Origin: the human T2T-CHM13v2.0 reference genome, Homo sapiens
Direction: 5' to 3' (one strand)
Assembly: GCF_009914755.1 (NCBI RefSeq)
Contig: NC_060936.1
Length of the DNA: 64,000 bases
Shown here: positions 41,867-54,732 of the stretch, one piece after another
How the letters are laid out: each line of letters starts with the position of its first letter
Position numbering within the stretch: the first letter of the stretch is position 1
Notes under the pieces: model-generated
The model's database searches: none
What the model saw: the letters and a program-made list of their open reading frames with translations, nothing else
Told to the model about the DNA's origin: nothing
Program-made: the position numbers and the translations under genes

Positions 41867-43912
41867 TCAATTTCCTCAGCTGTAAATGGAACTAATAATA
41901 CAACCTGCTTCACACACTTGTGAGGGATGAGTTAAAGCATGAAAATAATAATGGTAAACATTTAATGAGCACTTATTATGTGCTTATGATTTAGTTGTTT
42001 CAGACAGGTTGATAAATCCAGTCCCTGTTACTCTACCTGGCCAGAAACAGAAAGCAAGAGATTTTTTTTTTATGTATTTTCTTCTGAGATTTTTTTTTAT
42101 CAGGATACATCAATCTGTGTAATATAGACATGCATGTATATATTCAACAAATCTTTGTTAGGTACCTGATAATAATGCTGTAAGCACTTTATAGATTTAC
42201 TTCTCACGAATACTCTATGAGGTAGGTACTATTATAATCACCTCATTTTCCAGGTGAGGAACTGAGGCAATAAGTTTAAGTGCTTTGCCCCAAGTCACAC
42301 ACCCAGGTGGTCTAGCTGCAGAGCCTAAGTTTCTAGCCACGAGGCTATCCTGCCCCCACCAGCTCCAGAAACAAGTCCAAGGGTAATACCAGGACAGCGG
42401 GTAAGAGGGCCACAGCCACGGATGCAGGAATAGTCTGGAAAATGGGAAGTGAGGTAGGAGGGCCCTGAACAAGTCTCACCCACCCTATCCAGCGCTCACA
42501 CTTCTGGTGCTGGCTTTGTGGTGCTAGGTGATTCTGGCAGGATCAGAGGCCAGTGGAGAAACAAATACCCAGAACCATCGAAAATACCCATTTGTCTCTT
42601 AATGACAAGCCCTTAGGCTTCCAGAGCACCCACTGAAATGACTCCAATGGAAAGAGACTCTGCCCAGAGTCAGAGGCTGGGAGGTGAGAGGACTGCCAGT
42701 GGGGTTTCTGAAGCATAACAAGGCATGTTCGGTGGCCGCCTGAGCCAAGCCAGAAAGGGTTCACCTGCTGACTTCACTTTTCATCTCTGCCAAGGAGCAC
42801 CCAAGGCCACCACAGACTCTGCAGCAAGCCATTTCTGGAAGGCAGTTCCATCAAGAAAGAAAATAGGCTCTGCTTTTACAAAATGCAGAGATGGGCAAAC
42901 CACCAGTGTGTGCTATCTGTAACTTTAATTGTTTCTTTGGGATTAAGCACTCCTCCAACAAGGGCAGGAGTGAGCTATAATGTCATGTTGGATTCCAGTC
43001 GACTTGGGGTGGTTTGACAGGCTGCCCAACCTGAGCATGTGACCCCAGGGGAGCTGTTTTAAGGCTTTTTTTTCCTCCTGCTGGATTCACTTAGACAGAT
43101 TTTAGCCCCCAACAAAAGAAACTTTCCAGCCACACCCACCTCCTCCCCCAGCCCTTGCTTCTGGTTTCTTCCTTCTATAACCCACTTGGAATTCTTGGCT
43201 GATTCATTCCAGTTCTCTCCTGATGGGATTGCAGAATGTCAGAGCTAGAAGGGGCCATCAGGAAAAATTGGGCCAAGCTTCTTAACGGCAGGTCCCAGCT
43301 ACTTCCATGCAGTCTGGCCTAGAACCTTCATCGGCTGCAGCTGCTCCCTCCCGGGCTGCTGCACTACAGTGCCCTCTTCTGGTAGTGGATGGCAATTGCC
43401 TCTGAGTGGCACCTGATTTTCAGGACTGTCCTGTGGCTCTGACATCTCCTCAGCATAGACTTTCTCTGCAGAGGGGCTCTAGGGGTTGAGTGTGTGGGCT
43501 GCCTCTCTGCAGATTTTACTCCCTCTCTCCTGTGCCCCTCCTTACCTCAGCAAGCCCCGGTTCCTTCCCGTGAAGGCTAGGAGGAAAGTAGCCATCTGCA
43601 GAAGAATCTGGGGAGGGACTGCCATGGTGGGCTTTAGTTCTTGGCTAGAAGAGCCTCTGTTCTCGGCAGGAGAAGCCAAATTGCACAAGAAAACCCAAAG
43701 ATCTTCTTTGATGTACAAAGCCATGAAGTCACAGCCCTTAAAAGAGGTCGACAAAGAGCCCAAAGTTTCCATCAGGTTGACAATGTCCATGTAATTCATC
43801 TCACTCACTGCAAGGATCAAAACACCAAATGCTTCCAGGAGCCAGACAGGAGGCCTAAATGAATGGAGAAGCAGACACAAGTGAGTGGTGGGAAATGTGA
43901 GAATCTAGAGGC

Positions 43913-44039
43913 CACAGGCCCACCTGAAGACCTCACAATCAAACACAGGCCCACCTGAAGGCACTCACAATCAAACACAGGCCCACCTGAAGGCACTCAC
44001 AATCAAACACAGGCCCACCTGAAGGCACTCATAATCAAA
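43913..44039. repeat. 32-bp minisatellite, 4 copies
   Basis: Unit cacaggcccacctgaaggcactcacaatcaaa. Confidence 0.95.
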
Positions 44040-44051
44040 ATTCCAAACTCA

Positions 44052-44343
44052 ACGGGGCACAGTGGCTCATGCCTGTAATCCCAACACTTCAGCAGGCCGA
44101 GGTGCAAGGATTACTTGATCTGAGGAGTTTGATACCAGCCTAGGCAACATAGTGAGACCCCTGTCTCTATGAAAAGATCAAAACACGAGCCAGGTGTAGC
44201 GGTGTGCACCTGTGGTTCCAGCTACAAGAGAGGATTAAGCGGGAGGATCGCTTGAGCCCGGAGGGTCAAGGCTGCAAGTGAGCTATGATCATGCCACTGC
44301 ACTCCAGCCTGGGCAATGGAGTAAGACCCTGTCAAAAAAAAAA
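44052..44343 (+). mobile_element. Alu (AluJ-like)
   Basis: Diverged dimer; TSD aaattc(c/t)aaactca. Confidence 0.92.
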
Positions 44344-44668
44344 TTCTAAACTCACATTTTGCAGGCCAACAATAGAAGGGCTCATTTCACAAGCCTGGCA
44401 TTTCAAATTCCCTGCATTTAGTCAATTTCTAAGTACTATTTATTGAGCACTTCACTGTCATGGCCACTGTTCTAAGCACCTCAGATGGAGTAAGCCTCAC
44501 AACAACCCTATGAAGTAGGCACTATCATTAGCATCATTTGCATTTATAGGTGGGGAGACTGAGGCACGGAGCACTTAAGTAACTGTCCCGATGTCAGACA
44601 GATAGAATATGCCATGGCTGGGAACTCAAATAGTAAGGCTCAAAAACTCAACTTATCCAATTTCTTAT

Positions 44669-44967
44669 CTTTTTTTTTTTTTTTTTTTTTTGAGACAGGG
44701 TCTCACTTGGGCTAGAGGGCAGTGCTGCCGTCATGGGTCACTGCAGCCTTGACTTCCCAGGCTCAAGCAATCCTCCCACCTCAGCCTCCTGAATAGCTGG
44801 GTCTACAGACATGCATCACCACACCTGGCTAATTTTTATATTTTTTGTAGACATGGGGTTTTCCGCCATGTTGCCCAGGCTGGTCTCGAACTCCTGGGCT
44901 CAAGCAATCTGCCTGCCTTGTCCTCCCAAAGTGCTGGGATTACAGGCACAAGCCACTGCACCTGGCC
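44669..44967 (-). mobile_element. Alu (AluJ-like) in MIR
   Basis: T tract plus gagacagggtctcac...ctcaagcaatcctcccacc. Confidence 0.95.
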
Positions 44968-45355
44968 AGAACCCAGTGTCTTAACCACCAGTACTATACA
45001 CACAGTACAAGTACATAGTTGTATCCTGGGACATTATGGGAAGCTGATTTTATTACTATGGGAAAGGGAGTATGGTTTAACAGACAAAAAGCAGGCCTTA
45101 TTAGAGACAAACAGAGTCCGAGTCCTGCTGCTACCACAGACTGCGTGCTCCCAGAGCAAATTAATGACCATTTCTTAGTGTCTGATCAGTAAATCAGAGA
45201 CAACCACTTTTACTCCCTGGGATAATCGTCAGGGTAAGCGAGATGATAAATGTGTTCCACCTAAAGCATGACATCAAACACAAAACACAATTATGGGTGA
45301 CTATTACTTAAGTGAAGGACTAAGCATCCAACATTTGACTTGCCTTATTTTTTGA

Positions 45356-45729
<374 letters not shown>

Positions 45730-47322
45730 CTAAACTTCTACTAACAAAAGATTCATATTAAACAAAACGCTTTATTACCTAAGTTTTCAAAAGGGGCTAA
45801 TTAGTAGGATAGTATACACATTACAAAAGCATTCATGTCACAGAGAAATACACACGTAGGTCTTTTAAATAGTGGATTTCTCTGGTATTTTTAATGGTAC
45901 AATTGGATTTTATCCCCTTTCTGGAACAAGAGCGAAAAATGAAGAAATCATTCCTGTGATCCCTGACTCTGACACTAGATGGCAATAAATTCTCACTTCA
46001 ATTATGTTCTCTGGGTTCCTACTGCCACAGTCAGCTGATTTGGGGCTATTCCCCAGCTGAAAGTTCAGGGGCTTGAGCCGCTCTGGATTTTTTACTGGTG
46101 CATCCCGGCATCTTCTGAAAGTGAATAGTCTTCACATGAGGTTATCCAAGATGTCAGCCCGGCCCGGCCAACATTCCCCATTTCACCCCAATAAATGAGA
46201 AAACATTAATTGTGACCCAGTGTGTGCCGGCCCCCATGGGAGCTACAAACAGACCCTTGGTTAAGACAGAAGCCACCCTGGCCCCTAGAGATCTGCTCAC
46301 TGTCTAGTCCTTTTTCCCTTAGGCCTCCTCCTGCCCACCCAAGGCTCCAAAAGACTCTTGTGCAATGGTTAAAGTCAAGGAAAGTTGGATCTGGAAGAGA
46401 ACATGAAGATTACTTTATCTCCCCTCACTTTTCAGATGGGAAAACAGATGGAGGCCCAGAGAAGGAAAGTGAATTATCCTAGGCAGCACAGCCCGGCAGG
46501 CCAGCATTCGGACCAGAGTCCTGATTCCAGGTGACTTCCCCCATCCCTGCTGTTCTTGTCACACCATGTGAGAACTCCGTCCTGGAGTGCAAACCAAGAT
46601 CATACCCGTGAATGGAAGAAAACAAAAAGACCTAGGCTTCTGAGTTTCCATGAAGGACTCTGTGGGACAGGATGTGTCCTCACACCAGCAGCCACACCCA
46701 GTTGGTAATGCCTCTTTCAACACAACATCACCAGCTATTTGAACACAGACCGGGATTTCCCCACAGCCCCATTACCCAACAGGTATTGCTCCTGAGTGTT
46801 CGCTGCCACACGCGGGGGCTTGCACAGCAAGGCCAGGCTGCCACACCCCTTCCTGCCAAGAGTGGGTTTTGCTGCCTGCAGCAACTCAACTGCCCTGATT
46901 CTTCGCTTACTTCTGAGCATTTTGCATCTGTGCTTAGGCCTGGAGCCAAAACAAATTGTGGGGGATAAGAGAAGAAATTAGGCCCTGTCTTCTTAGCCAG
47001 TTAGTGTATGAGCTTGGGTGAACAACTTCTCTGAGACTCAGCCTCCCCATCTGTAAAACAACAGAATTAGATTAGAGCCTTCTCTCAGCCTTAGCTTTCT
47101 AAGGCCTGTCACATGGCTACTTAGCTATCATTACTATGAAAAGTAATCATGCGTAAATGCAGCACTTCACGTAATATATGTAGGCGTCATTTGTTTTCTG
47201 ACCTGTACTAGTTTAACTATTAAAAGTATAAGCTTTTCTCTATGTGTTTCTTCCCCTTTAAAAAAAAAAAGTTTAATTACAAAATATTTCTGACCTATGA
47301 AAAGATATCAGGAATATGGGGA

Positions 47323-47664
47323 GGCCAGGCATGGTGGCTGACACCTGTAATCCCAGCACTTTGGGAGGCCAAGGCAGGTGATCACTTAAGTCCAGGAATT
47401 CAAGAACAGAGTGAGCAACAAGGCAAGAACTTGTCTCTACAAAAACACAAAAATTAGCCGGGTGTGGTGGTGCACGCCTGTTAGTCCCGGCTACTACTTG
47501 GGAGGCTGCGGTGGGAGAATCACTTGAGCTGGGGAGGTAGAGGCTACAGTGAGCCAAGATCGGCCACCGCACTGCAGCCTGGACGTATATATATCACATA
47601 TATATATACCATCTCCCCATATTTTTTTATTTTTCTGAACAGAGCAAGACACTGTTCAAAAAAA
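47323..47664 (+). mobile_element. Alu (AluJ-like) with a ~50-bp inverted insertion near its 3' end
   Basis: Alu breaks at cagcctggac (47584) and resumes at gaacagagcaagac (47637); TSD-like atggggag on both sides. Confidence 0.9.
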
Positions 47665-49627
47665 TTGTAAAAATGGGGAGATGGATATATATGTGATACA
47701 CAAACATAGCAAAGTGTTCATTATAGTATCTAAGTAGTAGATATATGAGTGTCCGCTGGACAATTCTTTCAACTTTGCTGTTTGAATTTTCATAATAAAA
47801 TATTGAAAGGAGAAAAAATGTATTATGAGTGATATCATGAATACTTAGGTAGCCTCCACTCAGCCTAAGAAATCAAATGATCTGAATTTGGATATTCGGT
47901 CTCCTAGTCATTTCTTGGTACTTTCACTACAATGTATAGTATTATTTTACACGGTAAAATGTCTTAGTTTTAAGAATTAAGGAATTTCTGAAGTGTCACA
48001 CTGTGTATTTTGTCTGCAGCTTATTTTTTCACTCAGCATTTTAGTTGTGAGATTCATCCCCACGATATATGAGATTAGGATTTCTTCCTTTTTGTTGTCG
48101 TTTTGAGGTCTATTGTATGAACAAGTGATAGTGGATTTACTGATCTTGTAGCTACTTTCTCGGTGTTTCCACTTTTCTTTCTTCGTAAGCGGCGCTGCTG
48201 TGCCCATTCTCTCCACGGCTGCATGTCGCCTTGTGCGCAGGAAAGGGGACACAGTGGTGTTCAGGGGCTCTGTGGAGACACACATGGCCTCTAGCACAAG
48301 TGACCTGGGTGTTCAAACTATGTCCTCAGGAACCTGTGTTTTGCCGACTCTTGGTTCTGTTTTCTTCTATGCTGGCCTCATTCTCAGTGGACTCTGCACA
48401 TGTGGTGGCCTTTAGCAGCCCTGGGCATTTATCCAGCTTGGCAGTCCCGGTGGGCAGAAAGCATCCCTTTCCAGAAAGTTCCAGCAGTAGTCAATGGACT
48501 GGATGGCGACCTGTATTCCTCCTGCACAAGTCAAACCAGATTTCTGATTGGCCAAACCTGGGTCATGCACTCAGCCCAGTCAGTCTCATCAAAGCCAAAT
48601 GGACTGAGAGTGGGGAAGGGGTGATTCCCTAACAGAAAACAGAGAAGTGGTCACCAAATGAAGGAGGACTGGATGCTGGGCAGGCAACAACACATGTCCA
48701 GGACCCAGCAGTCCTCATGTGGTCCCTTGACCGCTGCACAGGTCACCCTGCATGTGATTATGGTGCCATTTACATGTCTGTGTCCCCTGTTTGGCTGGGA
48801 GCCTCTCAAAGAGGAAGACTTCATCTTTCATCTCATCTCCGCTGAGCAAATGCAGCTCAGCACCCAGTTTATAATAAATGACAGTAGGTGGAATCAATCC
48901 CTTGACCAAACACATCCTGAAGACGGGGAAGGGCAATTCAACCCTCTGCCTCTGAGGTTTTAGGTCCTCCCTCTGTGAACCCAGTCAGAGGGGTACGACG
49001 AAGAAAACGTCCACTACACCTCACCCTCTCTTTTTCTCTCTGAGTTACTGACCATCAGGACAAATGCAGTGTCCAGTTCAGAAGTCAGTATGTTCTCAAA
49101 CAGCTGCCCTTTATTGAACACCTACTATGTCTCACACTTTTTTTTAATATATGGCTGGGCAAGATTCATCCAGATAGGAATGTTTCCAGCCTTCTGTGAA
49201 TATGCTGAAAACAACTGTACACTTTAATAGGGTGAACTTTATGGTATGTGAATTTTATCTCAGTAAAGCTGTCATTTTTTAAAAGAAATACCAAGTCTTA
49301 TATGGTATGATTTCATCTCTACAAAATTCAAAAATGGGCAAAATATTCTATGGTGATAGCAGAATAGTGGTTAGGTTAGAGGGTATTGACTGAGGAGCAC
49401 GGGGAGCCCCTGGTGTGCTGGAAAAGTTGCATATCTTGATCTGGTAGTGAGTACATGGAGATATCGTGTGCAGAAATTCATTCAGCCATATATCTCAGAT
49501 GTGTGTGCCTTAAAGCACCAAAGTTGCACCTCAACAAAAAGTAATCCCAAAGAGTGATGTCTTTTTAAGTGAAGAAAAGAAACCAGTTCTAGAGCAGTAC
49601 AAAATTTTAATGGTTTACCATTAAAAT

Positions 49628-49688
49628 GTAATGGTTTGCCATTACTTTTAATGGCAAAAAACACGATTACTTTTGAACCAACCTAATA
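49628..49688. mobile_element. MADE1 (Hsmar1 MITE), left arm rearranged
   Basis: ggtttgccattacttttaatggcaaaaaacacgattacttttgaaccaacctaata. Confidence 0.85.
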
Positions 49689-49694
49689 ACTCAA

Positions 49695-49920
49695 GCTATT
49701 GGGTTCTAAACCTGGCTACCCCACTTGCTAGCTATGACTAGGAAGTACTTTGTCCAAGTTACTGAATCGCTCTGTACCTCAGTTTCCCCATCAGTAAAAT
49801 GGAGAGGCCAATAGTACCTACCCTTAGGACTATTATAATGATTGAATGAGATAATCCTCGTAAAACCTTTAGAGCAGTGTCTGGCACATAGTAAATGCTC
49901 AATAAATTTTAGTTATTTCT
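49695..49920 (+). mobile_element. MIR
   Basis: ctctgtacctcagtttccccatcagtaaaatgg...ctggcacatagtaaatgctcaataaat. Confidence 0.85.
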
Positions 49921-51233
49921 GTTATTATTGATGTGGGCCAAGCACAATGATCTCTGTGGATGCAGAGATGAAAGACAGAGCCTTATTCTCATGTGGAACA
50001 CACCAGAAGCAAGCGGTCATGATACAGACAGAGGAGCACTTTGAAGACAAGAAGCCTGGAGTGTGGGCTCTCGTGGGAGGAGCTCCCAAATTCAGCCTGT
50101 GGTTTGGGTTGAAGGATCCAGGGAACGTGCAAAGGCACCAAGAGTGACAGAACCAGGGGCCACATGAGGGGAAGTTATGCTAATCAGGGCGGCTACAAAC
50201 AGAGTTCACAGAAGAGGAGGCTGGAGGGCAGGAAGACAGAGCAATCGGAAAGCTCCTTCTTGGCCACGACCCAGAGCCAGGCTGCTCCTGAGGCCAAGGG
50301 GAGAGCCTAGGGATTTCGCAGGGAGGGGACACAGGCAGATTTACTTTTGAGAAAGAGAACGATGGTCACCCATGGAGGATTGATTCCCTGAATGGGAGCC
50401 AGGCTAGAGACAGGGAGGCCAGTTAGGAGGCTGTACCTGTCCCTCAAGCATATACTGCAGTGTGTATAATACATTGTCCTGTATGTCTCCTCCCAGCTGC
50501 ATCATGAGCACCATGAAGGCAGGAACCATATCTATAAAGTAATCTCCTTAGTCTGGCAAAGAGTGTGCGCTCTCTGAATATTGTTGAATGGATACTGAGT
50601 GCATGGACCACGTTTCTGATCTCAGTTGACCAGCAGAGAGCATCGTGGGGAGCGGCTGCTGCTGGAACCCAAAAGGCTGGGAGGAGGGGACAGAGGTGGA
50701 TGTGTCAAGGCCTCAACCCTAGGAGAAGTGGAGGGAGGGGAAAGGGGAGAAACAGGGAGACAACGGGTGACTCCTGAGCTTCTAGCTTAAGCAGTGAAGG
50801 GGCCAGCTGTGCCATTTACTTCGAGGGGAAATGACTTCAGTTTGGATCCGAGGGAGATTTCCGAGGGTGTTAGGGGGCAGCAAGGTGTCCAGATATTATT
50901 GGAAAAACAGATTAGTAGCTCAGAGGTATGGTCTCAGCTAGGCATAGGGACTTAGGAATTATTATTATCTAGGTGGCAAATTACATGAATGCATATACAA
51001 GAAAAAGTCTAGAAAATGACTGTGTCGTTCTGGCACCTATGTTGAAATAAAAAATGATTTAATGAATTCATTCATGCCCACCCTTGTTATGAAAAAAATT
51101 GAGATGGCACTCATAAATATACTTTTTATATTTCTTTTTGGGCTATAGCTTCCGGCTCCTTCATCTTTTTCCTCTAGGTAGAAATAAATACACCTGCCAC
51201 CATAGAATTTTAGTCTTACTCTCTAATTCTGCC

Positions 51234-51757
51234 CTAGTGGTTCTCAAAAGTGTAATCCCCTCACCAGCAGCATCAGAATTATCTGGAGCTTGTTAAAGAT
51301 GCAAATTCTTGGGTCCCTCCCCAGACATCCTGACTTGGAAATTCTGGGACCTGCAATCAGTGTTTTTGTGTGGGTGTGTGTGTGCGGTTTTCTGTTTTTG
51401 TTTTTTTTTTTTGGAGACGGAATCTTACTCTGTCGCCCAGGCTGGAGGGCAAGTGGTGTGATCTTGGCTCACTGCAACCTCTGCCTCCCAGGTTCAAGCA
51501 ATTCTCCTGCCTCAGCCTCCCAAGCAGCTGGGAACACAGGCGCGTGTCACCACGCCCAGCTAATTTTTTGTATTTTTTTTGTAGAGACGGGGTTTCACCA
51601 TGTTAGCCAGGATGGTCCCGATCTCCTGACCTCGTGGTCCACCCGCCTCGGCCTCCCAAAGTGCTGGGATTACAGGCATGAGCCACCACACCCGGCCCAG
51701 TGTTTTCACAAGGTTTCAAGGTGACTCTGATGCATGTTACAATGTGAGAGCCACTAG
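51234..51757. mobile_element. MER5A split by an Alu
   Basis: tagtggttctcaaaagtgt...cagcatcagaatt...gatgcaaattcttgggtccc ... gtgactctgatgca...tgagagccacta. Confidence 0.75.
51367..51697 (-). mobile_element. Alu (AluSc-like) with degenerate GT-rich tail
   Basis: Alu body; TSD cagtgtttt. Confidence 0.95.
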
Positions 51758-51832
51758 TCTGGCCCAATGCCATCATTTTGCAGATGAGGAACATGAGATA
51801 CAGAGAAATTAAAAGATGTACTTGCCTGACAT

Positions 51833-53102
51833 TGAGAGGTGAGAGCGTGCTGGCAGCCCTCGCAGCCCTCGCTCGCTCTTGGCACGTCCTCGTCCTCAGC
51901 GCCCACTCTGGCGGCGCTTGAGGAGCCCTTCAGCCCACTGCTGCACTGTGGGAGCCCCTTCCTGGGATGGCCGAGGCCGGAGCTGGCTCAAACAGCCTGC
52001 CGGGAGGTGCGGAGGGAGAGGCACGGGCGGGAACCAGGGCTGCATGCGCCAGCTAGAGTTCCGGGTGGGCATGGGCTTGGCGGACCCCGCACTCGGAGCA
52101 GCCGGCGGCCTGGGCAGTGAGGGGCTTAGCACCCACGCCAGCAGCTGCAGAGGGTGCGCCGGGTCCCCCAGCAGTGCTGGCCCACCCACGCTGCACTCGA
52201 TTACTCACTGGGCCTTAGCTGCCTCCTGACCGGGCAGGGCTCAGGACCTGCAGCCCGCCATGTCTGAGCCTCCGCCCCCATCTCCCCCACCTCCGTGGGC
52301 TCCTGCAGCCCGAGCCTCCCCGACGAGCACCGCCCCCTGCTCCATGTGCTCCATGGCACCCAGTCCCATCGACCACCCAAGGGCTGAGGAGTGCGGGCAC
52401 ACCCAGCGGGACTGGCAGGGAGCTCCACCTGCAGCCCCTGGTGCGGGATCCACTGGGTGAAGCCAGTTGGGCTCCTGAGTCTAGTGGGGACTTGGAGAAC
52501 CTTTATGTCTAGCTAAGGGATTGTAAATGCACCAGTCAGCATCCTGTGTCTAGCTCAAGGTTTGTAAATGCACCAATCAGTGCTCTGCGTCTAGCTAATC
52601 TAGTGGGGTCTTGGAGAACTTTTGTGTCTAGCTCAAGGTTTGTAAATGCACCAATCAGCACCCTGTCAAAAGGGACCAATCAGCTCTCTGTAAAACAGAC
52701 CAATCGGCTCTCTGTAAAATGGACCAATCAGCAGGATGTGGGTGGGGCCAGATAAGGGAATAAATGCAGGCTTCCCGCGATAGCAGTGGCAACCCACTCG
52801 GTCGCGTTCCACACTGTGGAACGTTTGTTTTTTGACTCTTTGCAATAAATCTTGCTGCTGCTCAGTCTTAGGGTCCACACTGCCTTTATGAGCTGTAACA
52901 CTGACTGCAAAGGTCTACAGCTTTGTTCCTGAAGCCAGCGCGACCACGAGCCCACCAGAAGGAAGAAACTCCGAACACATCCGAACATGGGAAGGCACAA
53001 ACTCCAGACACGCGGCCTTTAGGAACTGTAACACTCACCGCGAGGGTTGGCGGCTTCATCCTTGAAGTCAGAGAGACCAAGAACCCACCAATTCCGGACA
53101 CA
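51833..53102 (+). mobile_element. LTR12 (ERV9/HERV9) solo LTR, ~1.27 kb, inserted in MIR
   Basis: tgagaggtgagagcgtgctggcagccctcgcagccctcgctcgctct ... ccaagaacccaccaattccggacaca; CpG-rich U3; tandem tgtctagctcaaggtttgtaaatgcaccaatcag units; 4-bp TSD acat/gcat. Confidence 0.95.
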
Positions 53103-54654
53103 GCATCACACATTGGCCATAACAGGACATAATCCAGACATCTGAAGAAAGACTAAGATCAAGCTACACAGCCTAAACAGAGGCAGCTATCTCCGTTGCA
53201 GTGGTGATATCAGGAAGAAATGTCTTCAAGGGGTTGCCCCTGCAAAGCCATCTCAAATCACTCAATTTCTTAAGTGTCTGCTGAAAGCAGGGCACTGTGT
53301 CAGTCTCAGAAGTAAGGCATGGGCATTGCTGGAAACCATGAAAGAAAGTACATTTTCTTTATCAAATAATGTTTCACCCATTGGAGGCCTTCTGTATGAG
53401 TTATGGTCCCGTAAGGAAACAGAAATTAAGTAATTTAATTAGGGGAATTTCAGCATACAGAATTGTGATCTAGTGAGGCATGGTTAACTATTCAAGCCAT
53501 GGGGCTGTGGCTGCTGACTGGCCTCCTGGGCCTTTCCTTTCCATTACTCCCCATTCATTTTTCTCCTTCCTCTCTGATCATTTTTTCATGGGTTCCTTTC
53601 TTTCACATCTCCTTTAAATTATCTAAGCAATCCTATCCACTTCCTTAATTTCATAGTAAGTATGGATGAGTAATTCTGAAAGCAGGCCTCTCAACCGAGC
53701 TCCAGACCTGGCCAGCCCATGGGCTCTGTTTATACAGGCAACGTGAGCGCAAGTCACCTTCTTATATCCTCTCCCAATCTGGGAGGGCTGTTGTCTTAGA
53801 GGCCTCTCCCTTCCTCACCCCACATGCATTCAGCAGCATCTAACCTGGCACATCTCTGACATCCATCTACAACCCTCATCCTCAGGGCACATCGGACCCA
53901 GCCTGGACCACGACTTCCCAATGTCCACCTGCCCTCCCCTTGCTCTCCTCCAATCCTGCCAATGCGGGGGCACTCTAGAACCCAGTTCTGACCATGGTTA
54001 CTTCCCCTGCCCCACTTAAACCCTTTTGTTTATTCCTCATAGTTCAGATCCAAACTCTCAGGGATGACATGCAAGGCCTCCAGGTCCTGGCCCCATTAGC
54101 CCTCCTACCCCATCTCCACCCGACTCCCCACCTGTGCTTTCTCTATTCCAACTGCAAGAACTGTGCTCAGCCTCTCAACTCTCCTGACTACTTCAAACCC
54201 AGTACCTTTTGCCTGGTACCTGACAACCCTACCTATCTTTTAGAACTGGGTTCAAGTTTTACCACCTCATTATATAGTCACTTCTTTGAAACAAATCTTA
54301 CCCACACACACCAATTATTGAGCTCACAAGGAAGGATAACTTCAAAATATTTAATCTGATGGGCACCCACCCATCAGAACAAATGCAGGCCCTGGGGCTG
54401 GAGCAGAGTCTTGTGGTCTCTGCTATACTAGAATATTAACCTATTAGTTGCTGGATTGTAAAGAGGTAATAGTGGTCCAGAGAGAGGACATGCAGGGGGT
54501 TCAGGGCAGAAGCTATTCACCAACTAGGACAACAGTATTTCAACATTTTAACCTCTGGTATGATCCATGCACGCATGATCACTGAAGCACTTATGATGTG
54601 CCAGATTCTGTGCTAACCCCTCAACACGCTCATTCAGTCCTGACAACCACCCTG

Positions 54655-54732
54655 TACCATCACATCATCTTCATCACCACCATCATCATCTCCATCTCCA
54701 CCATCATCTCTATTATCAACACCATCACCATT
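54655..54732. repeat. (CAT/CAC)n low-complexity repeat
   Basis: catcacatcatcttcatcaccaccatcatcatctccatctccaccatcatc. Confidence 0.8.

Noticed and set aside
43913-44039. 32-bp direct repeats resembling a CRISPR array
   Set aside because: Units are contiguous with no unique spacers, no cas genes, eukaryotic context: a minisatellite
51839-52500. CpG-rich stretch with many ORFs as a gene promoter or CpG island
   Set aside because: It is the U3 region of LTR12; the ORFs reflect its GC content
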